DNA from: Chrysomallon squamiferum
Lineage: Eukaryota; Animalia; Mollusca
Length of the DNA: 64,000 bases
Direction of reading: 5' to 3'
Assembly: GCA_012295275.1 (NCBI GenBank)
Contig: CM022671.1
Span: forward strand, 23,870,001-23,934,000
Shown here: piece by piece, positions 1-15,200 of the stretch
Layout: every line of letters begins with the position of its first letter
How positions within the stretch are numbered: position 1 is the stretch's first letter
The notes under the pieces: model-generated
The model's database searches: none
What the model was told of the DNA's origin: nothing
What the model saw: only the letters and a program-made list of their open reading frames with translations
Made by a program: the position numbers and the translations under genes

Positions 1-344
1 TTATTATTATTGTTTATTGTCAGTAAATTAGAAATTATTTGTACAATGCAAAATACTTGAATAAAGCAGAATCAGATAATTTCGAAAGATAGCTAAAATA
101 ACTGCAAGCAAGGCATGTAGGTCTAATATGTCTTTATTTTAATATTATATGTGACTAGGGAGTAGTTAAAATAATTTGCTGTACAAACTGATGCATTCAT
201 TACCTTCTGCAGAATGGTCTTTTAAATATTTAATGTAAATTAAGTTTAACCAGTTATTAATCTTTAAAAGATTTATTAGTAATTTAATATGTTAGTTATA
301 TTTTTGGTAGAAAAATTATCTGTTTTCAATCTCTCGCTTTCAAG

Positions 345-3300
345 TACTCGGCACGATACATGTTTGAGAGAGATCCTTTTTCTTCCCTGTTTGTAAGTAT
401 GGTGTTACACAGTATATATATATATATACATATATATTATATCAGATACACGCATGTGGATTTATATGTGTTAATATGGTTATTGTCTTCATCTGCTTGT
501 TGTTTCATTGTGTTTACTTGTGAAATGCTGATGCATGAAGATATAACTTTTAATTTTCATTTATTTATACGTTGTTTTTTTTTTTCATTTAAAAAAAAAA
601 AAAATCTGTATGTGTTGTTATTATTTTGTTTCTTCCATTATTGGTATGGTTAGAGTTTAGTTTCTGTTGTCTGTTTTTAATTATTATTTTATTTTTCTTG
701 TTCTTTTTTTTTTTTATTAAATAATTTTTTAAAAAATTTGTTGAATTTTAATTCTTTTCTCTTTCATTTCTGTTTATTTAATTTTAATGTTGACTTTGAT
801 TTCTGGCAATAACCTGTTATCGGAAATCCTTAGAATGTATAGATATTACTGTACAATGTTGTTGCTAAATTGTTTATTTAGTAATGTTAACTCTTTGTAT
901 GTGCATTTTGAATTCTAGTTTTAGATAATATTTTTAATTTTCAGTGCTATATCAGTGAAAAAAAGAAGGTTATAGTTAAATAAATAAATAATAAAACTTA
1001 CATAATTTACAAATTGATAAAAAAAAAACCAGAGATAAATGCTAGTGATGTTTTTATCTTATCGCTATTGTTAGTTTTGCTTACATTAAATGCTCATTTT
1101 TATTTAATTTGTTTCTTTATAATTCTTTTTGATTATACAATGTTTTTTTGTTTATTTAAAATTTTTTTAATCTCTTATAAATAATAATGAGATTGCTGTT
1201 TAAATAAAATATGTACATGTGATTACATACTTAAATTAAAGTTATTTAAGCATTTCATACATATATATTAATAAATACTGTATACTATACAGATAATTGC
1301 TGAAAGTTAGTAATTTATAACAAACCCTATTTAGCTGGTATTTAATACTTTCTACAATTTTAATTTTTTTGTAAAAAAAACAACAGGTAACTTGCATTAA
1401 AAAAAAATGGGTACATAAGTGTTGTTTCACAACCCTTCACACTACAGAGTGAATCTATGAAGATTTAAATAGATAAAAATTAGCTAATTTTGCTTAAAAT
1501 TGAAGCTTTTATATACTTAGTTTTAGGTGACAGTATTTAACTTAAAATTTACATTTATTATAAATATAATAATTATTATTATTGTTGCTGTTGTTTTTGT
1601 TATTAGATGATTTGTTATAGGCACATGCTGCTTGCTTTTGTGAATACAGGTGGAGGAAAGAGGCACCCCTTTCCATTTATATATTTTCTTTTTCATGCTT
1701 TGGGTTTTCTCTCCAATGTGTTTATTAATTTTAATTTTTATTACCAAGTACATAAAGATTAATGACATAAAACAAAAATTACAGAAAGATTTTTTTGAGA
1801 AAACAGTCCCCAAAAAACAACACAGTATTCTATTAATTTACTTAAATTATTAGATGATGAATCATTTAGGCAACAAAATAATTTTTATTATAAGACACAG
1901 TATGTTCTGAATCCAAGAATTTAATTACTTTTTATGATAAAGTTACTGAATCCCATGGTTGCTGTATTTTTTTTTTTTTTTTAAATTTATTATATAATCT
2001 GGCTTTTTTTTAAATTTTAAAGATAAATGGTAACATGATATTTGTTAAGCTATAATATTTAGGTTTCTTTGAATATATCTGTTCATTTAGCAGGGACACA
2101 CACAATCATGCCCACTCGCAGTTGGTAAGTGTAATCATTACACTGGGATATAGTGTGCACATTGCAGATGATATTACATAGCTAGTCCACCCCTGTGATA
2201 CCAAACAGACTGCCACTGTATAAGTTATGTAGATAGGAGAACATTTTGTTGTCTTTAATTTGCACTGTGTTTGTATAAAAATCATTATACAATAGAAAGA
2301 TTCTTACAGCACTAACTTAACCTTGAATCTTGAACATGTATTCATTAATAAAGATTTTAATTTGTGAAAAAAAAAAAATTAGGCTCTGCCACTGCTCTTG
2401 AATAAAAAAGACACCATAAATAATGTTTTGAGGATTATCAGAAGACATATTTATTTTTTAAAATATGTGTCAGCATTGAAGGAAATGGTTACAGTGAACA
2501 AAGAAACTAATGGGTAAGGGGAATTATTTTGGTAGTGTTTTTACTGATGAATTTTCTTAATAAGTTAATGATTTATTTATTTATTTATTTATTTATTTAC
2601 TGTACAGGAACGTTTTATGCCCACCCATAACCATGCCAAAATTGTACGATGTCTTGTAAAGCATTTGCACTTCTTTACCAATACTGCAAGCGAAGTGATT
2701 AGCTCCCCTTATCACCATGCTGTTCCAACACCACTAGATGTCTTCAAAAGGTAGAAATTAAAATTTTAATATGCCAATTCAAAATTGTTTTTGCTTTCTT
2801 TAAAACTTTTATTTAACCTCAAATTAGAAGGTCTGCTGAATGCTAATAACATTTTAGAGATTTTTAATTTATGCTGAGAATTTTAATACTGAGATTTACA
2901 ATTTATTACTTATAAGTTTTCCATTTGTAAAACTTAATTTATCTTACTAAATTCACATTCATAGAAGAAAAGAAAAAAAAAAAGAAGAAAGTTATATTTT
3001 AATACTAGGTTTTTTCAGTTATGGTATCTTATACCTACTAAATTGCTATGTGTGCACTTCAGGTATAATTATATTCTATAGCAATAAGAATAGATATCTG
3101 ACGAGCAATTTTGGTAAATGTTAATAAGTTAGATATGTGATTTATTATTTCATAATTATAACTGTTGTTTATTAAAAACATTAATAAAAAAAACACACAC
3201 ACAAACACAAATACATATATACATATAGTTATTATATATTTCAGAACAACTGTACCACAGATTATGCAGAAGAAACTTTATGGGTTCCTGAGATACACAT

Positions 3301-5199
3301 TTGACAAGTGGCCTCTAGATTCTTCATTTAGATGGGTAAAAAGATATTGGTTTGGTTTGGAGAGGTTCATGAAATGGGGTACTGTAATATTTAAAAAAAA
3401 AAAAGCCAAAATAAAAGTAACCATTTGTCATAAAAAAAGAAACTAGTACTTGTTTTTTATGGCAACAAAAGGTGATTACTTCAATCAAGTTTCAATTCTG
3501 TAATATAAAAAAAAATACCAATTTTTAATTTTTGCCATGCATCTCTCCTTAAAAGTAGAACAGATTTCAAAACAAATTATTTATTTGATTTTTGATTATT
3601 TATTTTGTTATTTTTTTTAATTTTTTTAATTTTTATAAATGATAAACTGGAAAAATTCAAATGTAATACATAATTATTAGTACCTCTGAAAATAATACAG
3701 ATTACTGTTAATTTTACTTGGCATTTTTAATCATATAAAATATTAACTGTTAATTTGCATTGTAGTTGTGACTTTTATTCAGATTTTGGAAGGTTGGTTA
3801 AGTTACATTCAGCCCTGGCGCTATGTGGATCCACAGAAATTATTAATGGGTTCAGAATATGACTTGTTCGGAACACTAGACAGACATGTGGACGACAGAT
3901 GGTAAAACATAGTCTTCTGTTTTCTTTCTTTCTATCTTTCTTTTCTTGTTTATTTATTTATTTTATTTTATTTTAATTTTTCATTTTTTTTATATTATTT
4001 TTTTTCATTTATTTATTTATTCCCTTTTTTATTTTGATAATGATTTTTTTTTTTTTTTTTTTCTTTTCTAAGTAGACTCGATTTCATGAGCATAACAATA
4101 ATATATTTTAAGACAGGAATGTAAATATACATTATCAAATACTGATTTTAAAATGTTATTTTTGAGACTGTTGGTGGTGGTTGAAATATAATGTATTTTT
4201 ATTGTTATTTTTATTATTATTTTTTTTTAGGACTTAGCACATGCCTATAGAAAACTTTGTAAATTTTCAACCTTTTCACATATAAATTTATATTAACTTG
4301 ATAAAATTAAAATAAGTGTTAGAATACCTCTTACAAATTTACATACACAGAATATTTAAAATGTTGACTTGATGATGTAAAAAAATTTAAATATTTGCGG
4401 AACAATAAATTTACGGTTTACTTGACTAAAATACTGATGTTATATTATTACTCAGGGAGCAGTTTGTGGAGGACAACTTGCTGTTTTACACAGTGTTGTT
4501 TCAAAGGTTCATAATCCGAGTCTATCGTTTTGATCTCACATCCATGCAGAGTGCAAACATGCTCTTCAGAGTCACAAAGGTAAGTAATGCTTTTTCTGTT
4601 GCGTTTTTCATGTTGTTCTTCTGTTCCACTCTCTTTTATAGTGCAGTTTCAAATGTTTATTGACCTTATAAAAGAGCTTTTATTATTTTTATTTATATAC
4701 ATATATTTTTTAAACCAATTTGTTATTTGAAGATGCTTACATACTAGCAATTCACTACTTAAATTTTTTAATTCTTTGATTACTCTCCAGTATTTTAAAT
4801 CATTTCTGGACCCCATTGTTTCCACTTGATGTATAGAATCTCTACTCAATAACAAAACATTTTCTGATAAATATAAAGAATGATAATTTGGGGAAAAGAG
4901 AACTACAGCTGAATATGCTCTGTAGAACTTTTCATTTGAAAAAGTGAAATTGTTTAGTCATATTGGTTTGAATATAAAAAACTTTGTCTAATTTGGAATT
5001 GTTAATATCTCTGATTTAAAACCACATATTTTTTTTTTTCTTTTTTTTTTTCCTCTGCAGGTAATGAACTTGCCAAATTTGCCTGCACTTATCTTCAAAG
5101 GTAATTATAAAAAGAGTAAATAAAAACAGTACAGAACATTTGTTGGGAAATATTAATTATTCTGGAATGTAATTGGCATACATTATGTTCTATGTCTGA

Positions 5200-5231
<32 letters not shown>

Positions 5232-8200
5232 TTTCATTGAAAACAAAATAAAAGCTAACCTGTCCAAAACATTTTTTTTTTTAAAACAATGTTGTTAAAC
5301 AAATACTAATTCATTTATTTATTTCATACATGTGCATGTACACTCTGACAGTTGATTAAAAAATGTTTTATCTATAGTTAATTGATTTGTGCTGGTATCA
5401 ATTAATAAATTCTCTTAATGACAGCTGAAAGAGAGCTGTTCGGCTCGTTCCAACCGACACATGTTCCTATGACACCCGACCTCGGCAACAGCTACCTCTC
5501 TGGACTGCCACAGATCACAATGCCCCTACCACCACAGCTGTCTGAGTTTGAGCATCCCAGTTTTCAGTACCAGCCAATGTTTGGGGACGCAATGAGCAGA
5601 ACTGTGAGTAATCTAAGTAAAAATAGCTTTCTAAGAGTAATTGTTACCATATGCCATATATAGGTTAAAAAAAACAATTTAACAGTTAGTGTCATAGTAA
5701 TTTATTTTGTGAAAATCAGTTATAACCCTCCCAAATTAAATATATATAAATATATTAAAGATTTTATGCTGTAGTAAAATCACAAGTAGTTAGTCAGTGT
5801 AAAACAAATGACAGAACAGTAAATGACACCTGTAAATTGTTCATAAAATTTTGAAGTCGCATATAAAAATGTAAAATGATAATGTAACTTTAATTATACC
5901 TTTTCATCATTTCTGAACAAGGTTGGCAAATTTGTTAAAATGTTTCATGGTACTCCGTTAGTTATAATACAGTTTCTCTGCTAACAAAATTTTTAATAGT
6001 GCATTTCATTAGCAAATAATGAAAAAAAAAATTAAACATTTCTCAAACATTTCCAATAAACAATGTAACTAACAGAATTTCAGTAACAATATTTTATCAG
6101 TGTGTAAAAATAATATCAGTTGATATATATATTTACCTTTTCATTTCATTTATAATGCAAATTATTTTATTTGTATTTAATTTTTGTTTAAATTTAATTT
6201 TTACTGCTTACACGTCAACACACATTATTATTTTTTATTATTATTATTGTTATTATTATTATTATTATTATTTATTTATTTATTTTTTTATTTTTTTATT
6301 ATTATCATTATTATTTTGTAATAGGGTATTTAGTTTGAAAATAATGCAGGTACTAACTCTTTCATTCTACAGATTCAAGAACTAATCCAGCTGATACTGC
6401 AAGCCTATCACACGGTGCAGATGTGCCAGGTGACGCCCAGACAAGAAAAGTCTGGTTTCTGGGACTGGTTGATTTCAGTGTTCACTGATTCTGATTTGTT
6501 TGCTGTTGACAGTGCCCTTGAACGCAAGAGAACAATTCAGCTTCTCGAAATGTCAATGAAGAACTTGTCATCAGTGTATGAGGTTTGTTTGACATTTCTT
6601 TATATATATATATATATATATAGAAATAATAAAAATAAAACAACAATAATCATAATGATATATAATAATAATAAATTTTAAATTATTTAAAAAAAAAAAA
6701 TCAATAATTATAAATTATTAATAATTCAGAAAATGATTAAAAAAAATTAATTTAAAAAATTCAGAAAAAAAGAAAGAATTATTAGAGATAAAATAGTGGA
6801 TTTTAATCATTCCAGCTTTTTTAGAAATTTTTAATTTGTCCTTCATTAAATATCACATTTATTTTAACTAAATATGCCAGCCTAGGTTATACTTTCAGAT
6901 ATTAAGATGATACTGTCACGAAATCTGATATGCTAGAACTACTAATGGTTTTATTTTCTAATTTATATATTTTTAATTATTTATTTATTTATTTACTTAT
7001 ATTAAAAGTAAAAATAAATTAAATTAAATAAAAATATATAAATGAAAAAAATAAAATCACAGTAGGTTCTAGCCATATTTTTAGAGGTGGAGTGTAAATC
7101 AGTAACATTATATCTAACAATATTTTGAAAAAGTCCTTAAGAATGTTATATGCAGACGTGCACACACACACATGTATATCCACATATACACATATTAGTT
7201 TCTTCACTTTTAGAATCAACTCTTTTCTTTCTCTTCCAGCTTCCCTTTCCTTCACAGCTGCCCAACCAGACATTGCCACTAGACACATCAGCACAGACAT
7301 CCTGTCTGGATGAATCTCAGATGCCAGACTGTGTGGAAACAGAGCACGGGCCAGAGTTAACAGATCTGGGAAAATACCAGGTTTCATAGATTTTTATCTG
7401 TATATACATCACACACATCTACACTGAAAAAAAAAAAAAAAATCCCTACTGAAATTAGATCTTACTTACTCATGAACCATTTATGTATACTTCATTATAG
7501 AAAATTTTTTTACAATTTTATTTTTTATTTTTTATTTAATTTTTTTTTTTTTTTCTTGCCTTCCAGTCTGTCATGCTTCATATAATCAAACACCTAAAGT
7601 TTATTCGAAAATAAATACTGCAGTTAATGACAGTTTATTGTTTGATTCTATTTAAACAACAATGAGTAGCAAGTTTAGTTGATACCATTAAATCTGAAAA
7701 TGTTAAAAGTAAATAAGAATTATTTTAAGCTGAAACAGTATCACATAATATTACGATTAAAACATATCAAAATTATCAACTATCAAAGCATGGTATATAC
7801 AAAAAGCAAATCTTACTAAACTTGTATGCCCTCAGAACTGAACAGTTCCATAGTCCTGTGATATGCAAATGCAAAAATCAAGTAAACTGAAAAAAACCTC
7901 CAAATCAAACTTTTTAGCTGGTGATAACATTGTTCAGATTTGAAAAGTTTCACTGCAGTTGCTAATTCACATCTATCATCCTGCTACAGTCAATATCTGA
8001 CATTCTAGAGCACCTAGCAAGTTTTAACAACCTGTGTTAGGGAATGTATTACTTAAATGTGATGATATGTCTCAAAATGTTGGTGATTCCTTAGATTCTG
8101 CTGATGTTGGTACACTGTGGCTGTTCTTGTTTAAAATATATTTTTAATAAGTTGACAAAAAGAGACAATATATTAACAAGATATTTAAGTGTAGCAGCAC

Positions 8201-9081
8201 ATCCTAATACAATGTTCTGTTATTTACAGTGTGTTTCAGACAATGTATTTTGTTGTGTATTGTTTAGATTATCAAAGGGCTGAGAAAATTCAACATATCC
8301 TGCACCGGAGATCCTGAGATGCAACCAGTGAGAGGTTTTGAAAATGCAACTCTAGTTAAAATATTACGTCCAATTTCTTCATTTATCAACTTCCAGGTAA
8401 TATATAATTATTGTTTAAACTCTGAGTTAAGTTGATTGTAAAGTTTATTTAAATGAAGCAAGATGTCGGTTTTTTATATGACATCATGTTAAAGCTGTCA
8501 TGGTGAAAGCTTTTACTCACTGTCAAAAAGTAAATACAATTATAGCAACACTCTTTGTAATTCAGTTTCTTTACATATGTCTGAAATTATTATTATTATT
8601 TTTTTTTTTGCATTATTTTGTTAAGGAGGGGTAATAGAAAAAATATTTACAATTAAAACTAGATTTCATTTTTTTTATTGAGAGAAAAATTAGCATTAAA
8701 AGAACCGAATGTTTTTTAATTTTGAAAACTTTTTTTTTTTTTTTTTTTTTTCAGTTTGGTGATAAGATTGAAGGGTTGTACAACAGGAAAGATTTGCTAG
8801 GGAAACTTGCCAAGGTTTATTTATGTCCTCCACTTAGACCTCGTCAGAAAATCACATCTCCTATGTCCAAAACAACAGCGAAAATATTGAAACAGCCAAG
8901 ACTGAGTCTCCGGTTTCTTGCCAGTTACTATAATCTGGGAGGCTTGTTTGCTTTATTCGTTATTCTGTGTGTCATTGGTGGAGGACCGATGTCCTTTCTG
9001 TTTGTGCTTCTTCTGATAGTGTTGCTGTATGGTTTATTAGCAACTGTCATGAAAACTAACACAGGTTTGAAGGAAGATTAA
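345..9081 (+). CDS. SMPD4: Sphingomyelin phosphodiesterase 4 (nSMase3/NET13), 3' portion; 5' exons lie upstream of the window
   Basis: Phase-consistent GT-AG exons: 2608-2750, 3245-3335, 3783-3901, 4456-4579, 5061-5100, 5425-5603, 6373-6582, 7240-7380, 8268-8396, 8755-9081 (stop TAA); probable extra exon 345-392. Peptides ERFMPTHNHAKIVRCLVKHLHFF, QKKLYGFLRYTFDKWPLDSSFR, WLSYIQPWRY, GDPEMQPVRGFE and PRLSLRFLASY plus a C-terminal hydrophobic segment match SMPD4 as I recall it. Confidence 0.92.
3342..3483 (+). repeat. Dispersed repeat fragment shared with 33520-33660
   Basis: Direct visual alignment with the reverse complement of 33520-33660. It begins a few nt after an SMPD4 splice donor. Confidence 0.8.
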
Positions 9082-12000
9082 AAGTTTGATTCAGTTTCTG
9101 TGGTTCAAGTTTGCTGGAGATGGAATTCCTAACTAACAAGACCATAACAAGGTGCTTTATTTACAAGTCTGCATTTAATGAACAAAAATATTTTAAAGCT
9201 GTTTTTGTCTTTTCAGTCTGATTGTCTATTATTTTATTTCAAATGGAATGTGGAAACGGTGAATGATGAGAAACGTATTATTTAATTATTATTTAGTGTC
9301 GAAGCTCGTCTGGTTCTGTTCATAAGTTTAATTGCACATCCAGTGACATCAACTGTCTGAGTGCAAGATCAGTGAAGCTTTGATGGCAGTATGCAATTTT
9401 GTAAATGTTTTTTTGTATGTAAAAACAATTTTATGGTTAAGAATACTTGATTCCATGAAGAAAAATAACAAGTACATCTGTGATCAGGATTAACAATAAA
9501 GACAAAAACTGTCAGAGGTGTCCATATTTTTGTGGATTCACCAATATACTGTTGGTTGTTTTTTATTTTTTTAATAATGATGTAACCTTTATTGTTGTTA
9601 TTATTAATTTCCTATTTAAATCATGTTATATATCCTGTCTTATTTTTTATTTTTTATTTTTGTTACTGACAGCTTTATATCAAATGAAGTATTTCATCTA
9701 AAACAGGAAAAAAAAAAAAATCTTAATCCCTAACTGGATGTCAGTCATGTATTGCTTGTTACTGAAAAGTCTAATATTTTCTATTACCGTTTTTTTTTTT
9801 TTTTTTAAACTAAATTTTCTGATACGTTTACTTAACAAATAAAAATTGTGATCAAATGTTTAAGAAAAAATAATAGTATTAATTGCCATTTCATTAAAAG
9901 CTTCTTTTTAATTGACAAAATATCTCGTTCTGATAAAGCTTTTGATGGTCATCAGCAAATAAACATTCATATGTTTCAGAAACATGCTGAACTGGCTGCA
10001 TTCAGTTCTAAAGATAATTAGTGGAATGGTATTTAATTTTTATTTATTTTGTTTCATTTATATGTGATTGAAATGAGCAGGTACATAAAACTTCAGCAAT
10101 TTCTAAATGTTCTATAAATCAGTGGTTTTTGGGTCACCATCCTTGACATCCTTTCTTCATCTTCAGCCTGTCTATTTCATTCAAGCCATTTCATAACACT
10201 GTAAACAATATTGATTTACAAGTCACAGGCAGGAGAGAGAGGAGAAACTGCAAATGATAGATTTTTCATCACCCACTCAGAAATTCCCATTTTCTGCTGA
10301 AGGACAGTATCACATTCTGGGAACCACTGATGCTGCTTGCCTAATTTCTACAATGAACTAGCCAAAATGAGAAGACTAAGAACATTTAAAATGCAATAAA
10401 AACATCATATGTTAATGACTTTCTGTGATTTTATTGTTTTTATTATCTGTTCAGAATAGTTGTCTGTTGTCTTCCAGTATTGATTTTTATTTTTCTGATT
10501 TAATTTTTTAACCAATGACAAAACTTATGAGTAGTGTCTTGACATTTTGATTTTTAAAACTGCAGTTAAACTGAACTGGAAGCTGGATGTATAAAAATAA
10601 ATGTTTTTATGTATGTGGATGTAAATACAGATGTCCTCTTTAGTTACATGTTGCCCTTCAGTTTGCATAACTTCATTATAGAACACAAAATGTATGGTCT
10701 GAATCTGAAGAAATTGTAAATGATATTTAATGCTTTATGTGTGGAAATACATCTTTTTTATGAATAAACATGGTGCTGTATTTTGGAATAAAGATATTTG
10801 ATAGTTTTGTCTTCAACTGCATGAAAAACAAGTGAATTAAGTAGGTTAACAAAAGTCTAGCAATATATGAGTATTTCCATATTTCATACAAACTTGAAGT
10901 AACAAGAAAAATAGACATTAAACATTTGTCTTATAGGAAGTATAAATTTATAGTAAATCAAGGAGATAAATGGTCCTGGATTTTTTATTTAGAAGCTGTT
11001 ACATGTTATCTTTGAAGTTATTAAATTTTAGGTTTTTTTGTTGTTTTTTGTCAGCCTATATAATATATTAAAGCTAAAAAAAAAATAATAATATAAGAAT
11101 GCAACTTAATTCAACAAAATATTTGATGGTCAGTATGAAAGATATTAATATATATTGCTTAGTTTGTAACTAACTGTTGAAGTAAACCTTTTGATTTTAA
11201 TCCAAAATGTGTAATTAAAAAAAATAAATAAAATAAAATAAAAAACATTTGACACTATATAAGTACTTAAAATCTTAGGTAAACTAATAATGCTTTAACT
11301 ACACAATTAATATGTAACTCATTTAGTGAAAACAAAAAATAACAGATCTTTAATGAATAATGACTTTATTCATCTCATTCATACAACAAAAAATGTAAAA
11401 ACTTCTTACAACAAAATGATGTATACATAACAACACCCAACAAACTTTTCATAACATTTAACTTAAAATCATCTTGTTCATTTTCATAAAATATGAAATC
11501 ATTAAAAAAAAAAAAAAAATTAAGTTTCAGCCAAATACCAGATAAAAAGAGGAATTACTTGGATTTGCCAAGTGAGAGTCAGAAAAAAATGTACTGAATG
11601 TTAAATATCAGTTTTAATCAAAGATGTTGCCAAAGGAATATATGTAAGAAAAGTATAATTCAAGGTCTTCTGTGAAGGTGGTTCTCATAGAAATAATTGC
11701 AATTCTGAAAAAAAGATTTCTGAAAATTCTGGATTTTCATGTCTATCTTTAAAGTAGTAGTTGGGGAAAAAGTTATAATTATTTAGAATACAGTTCAGCC
11801 ATTATTCTCAAGCTTTAACACATTACACAGAGTCTGATAACTGGTATGGTAATGATGAAATGCGTAGCAAGTGCTATATATAATTTTTATGAAATACATT
11901 AATTAACATATTTGCATGTAGAGGAGCCACAGTCAGAACTGGCAATACATAAAACTGATCTGTTAAGGAGGTCTGATACTGACTGCAGCCCTATTTTTAT

Positions 12001-12245
12001 TCTCACTTAAACATTTCAGACTGAGTATTAACATTTTTTTTTTTTTTTTTTTTTTTAAATCATAATTAACTAATAAAATGATTTCACACTTTTTTTTTTT
12101 TTTTTTTTGCAGTAAGGTTTGAAGGCAAGACTTAAAGTTTACATTTCACCATTCTAAGATAAATATATCTTCACCACAAGATATTTTAAACCCAGCTGTC
12201 GCACACTGACAAAATCCTGTCAAACACACACTCAGTAACAAAGTT

Positions 12246-15200
12246 TCATTTTTTCAACAACATGTTTCTGAAATCTGCATTGCTCATCGACTTGCTTGAC
12301 TGTCCATTTGCTGCAGTTGTGTTCTTGGTTGAAGTTTGCGAACGATGCTGTAGTGATCTCGGAACAAGAGAAACTTGTGTTCGGGCTTTGCCACGACTAA
12401 AAATAAAATAAATAAATTATTTTGTAAATCTTTGTTCAACAACCAATTGTACAAGATTTTAACAAAATATTTGGCAATACTAAAATTCTAAATCCTATTC
12501 ATTTTGATAGCTTATTTTTGATATGCTAATATATGAAATTTTGAAATGAACAATAAAAATAACAACCTGTATAGTGTGAATCTTAAAAAAATTAATTTAA
12601 TTTATAAAAAAAAAAAAGAATGACTGAAAATACAACTTGCTACAGAAAAATATTAATGACTAAGTTATTAACTGTGTTAAGATTATAAATGAAAATCTGA
12701 TTTGCAAATTCCTGTACTTGATTAATTTACTTACAATTCACTTTCCTTTTTTCCACTGCCTAATGAAGGAACTCTGTCACCTTCACCTTTCAAAGACTCG
12801 GGCATTTTCCTTGCAGGTGGGTTGCTAATAGCAACATTAATTTGGTGTTCTCCAATCATGATGCCATCTGTTTTTAACACAGCTTGGGCAGCTGTAGTCT
12901 GCAAGGTTTAAAAAATAATACTAAAAAATAAAAAGTAAATATATAAATAATAATAATAAAAATAAAATTTGTTTCTGACTGAATGTAAAAATAAGATGTA
13001 AAAGAGTATTAAATTAAATTTTTTACTTTTATTATTATTATTATTATTTTTTAATAAAAATACTTTAGATTTTAAAAGTTTATTAAAATATCCAAACTTA
13101 CCTCATCAAAATACTCTACATAGGCTAAACCTTTAGGAGAGCCATTTCTGTATGTGACAAGCCTTACGTCTTTGACTTCTCCATGCTGTGAACATTTAAA
13201 AAAATATAATCATATCTTCTAAAAGTTCTATAGTAAAATGTATAACAGAAACTTTAAACTATTAAATTACTGAAGATCTGTGTTATTATTTCTCCATATT
13301 TTGAAGAGTAATGGAGTTTGATTTCAAAATTCATCAATTAATATATGAATAATTAAATAAACTTGCTAAATAGATCACAGAAGACTAAAAACTTTTAAAA
13401 AAAATAATAATTTAGAGAATAAAATGAAAAAAAATCTTTTACTTATAGAAACCAAAACATTTTATAACTTGGTGAAAACTGAAATTTTAGAAAAATGCTA
13501 CCTTCATTTTAAAAATGTCAAAAAAAAAAAAAACTAGTTTTTAATGATCTAAGATCAAAATAGATACCAAATTAGTATATTTAATCTGAAATTTAAAAAA
13601 CTAAATTAAATGACCCATAAAATGATTTGTTACACACCTGACTGAATATTGTTCTGAGAGCTTCCACTGTACATGTAAATGGAAGACCTTTTATAAACAG
13701 CTTGTTTTTCTCCATTTCTGTAGAAAACTGTAAACAGAAATATCTGCTTACAAAGCAACTCATGACTAAATAAATAAGGAAAAAAAATCTGGATTTGTGT
13801 TTAAATTTATTATACAATGTGCACATAGATTAATAAAAAAAAAAAAATCCGTACTAATTAGATTTATAATTACAGAAAACGTCAATATCTTAGCTGATAA
13901 TAATATAGAAGTATATCAACAATAATTTCTTGTTAAATATCAGTATATATCTTGAGTGATAACTGTAGATAATTTAATGTTACTGATTAAAAAAAAAGAC
14001 AAATTCATCATCATTGAAACGAAATGCACTTCAAGCTGCTGAAGAAAAAGAAAAACTAAGTTATCCATCACAATCAAACTAATTCTAAACAAAATATTTT
14101 AGAAACGAATTCATCTTCTATTCTATGTGATAAACGTAAATCCAATATACTGAAAAAGAAGAATAAATAAAATAGCCAACCTGATGTTAGAACTACAAAT
14201 CAGGTTTAAAATTAAAGTTACCTTGAATTCAGCTTTGGCCCCCTGTCTGTCTTCACATCGCGACACAAACATTGGTCTGCCTTCCGCCAACTCTCGATCT
14301 TTGGCAAGTGCAGTTGGTACACAGAGCTAGAGAACCAATTATTAAATAAACAGTTTTACACATGTTATTAATTAATACATAATGTGTTACAAGACTGAAT
14401 GAAAATATAAGATTTATTAAAACAATTTATTAAATCTGCACCCTAATGTATAAGAAAATAACACCCTAACACATCCATGAAAAAAGAAAAGAAAAAACCA
14501 TATCGAGGTAACGCTTTGATGTTAAATTATGAAGAAAGAAATGTTTAAACTATGCATTCAAAACATTAGCAAAGGGAAATTTTTCATACTGCACCTTGTG
14601 CAAGACCATACAAGCATATACCATGGCCTCTGATAAATTAGCTGTGGGCCACTGGCTGGCATGTTATATAAAACTAAAAGATTTTATAATGAACAAAACA
14701 TTTCTCTCTCACCTCATCTTCAAACTCAACATAAGCATATCCTTTTGATTTGCCCTTAAAGTTCTTCACCAATCTGATGTCAGTAATTTTGCCACACTGC
14801 ACAAAAACAATACAAACATTTAACAATATTATGCTGTAAAACGTATCACAATATTATTAATATAAATGTAGATTAAATGAAAAAACAACCCAAAAACAAA
14901 GCATTTCTAAGTCTTAATATCACAGATTTAACATAAAGTAAAAAACAATAGCCTGTTAGAGTATATCTCAATAAAATTTAAAAAGATAGTATAAAACATA
15001 AAAAGCCTATCAAAATGTATTAAAAAAATCAAACAAACATGCCTGCGAGAATATTTCTCCGATTTTTTCTTCATCCAGGTCAAAGAGAAGATTGCTGACA
15101 AAAACTGTTCTAATGTTTTTGGAGGAATCGGGTTGAAACACCGGAATTTCACTTGACAAATCTGCCACAAATCCAAATAATAACACCAGTTTTAAAATAT

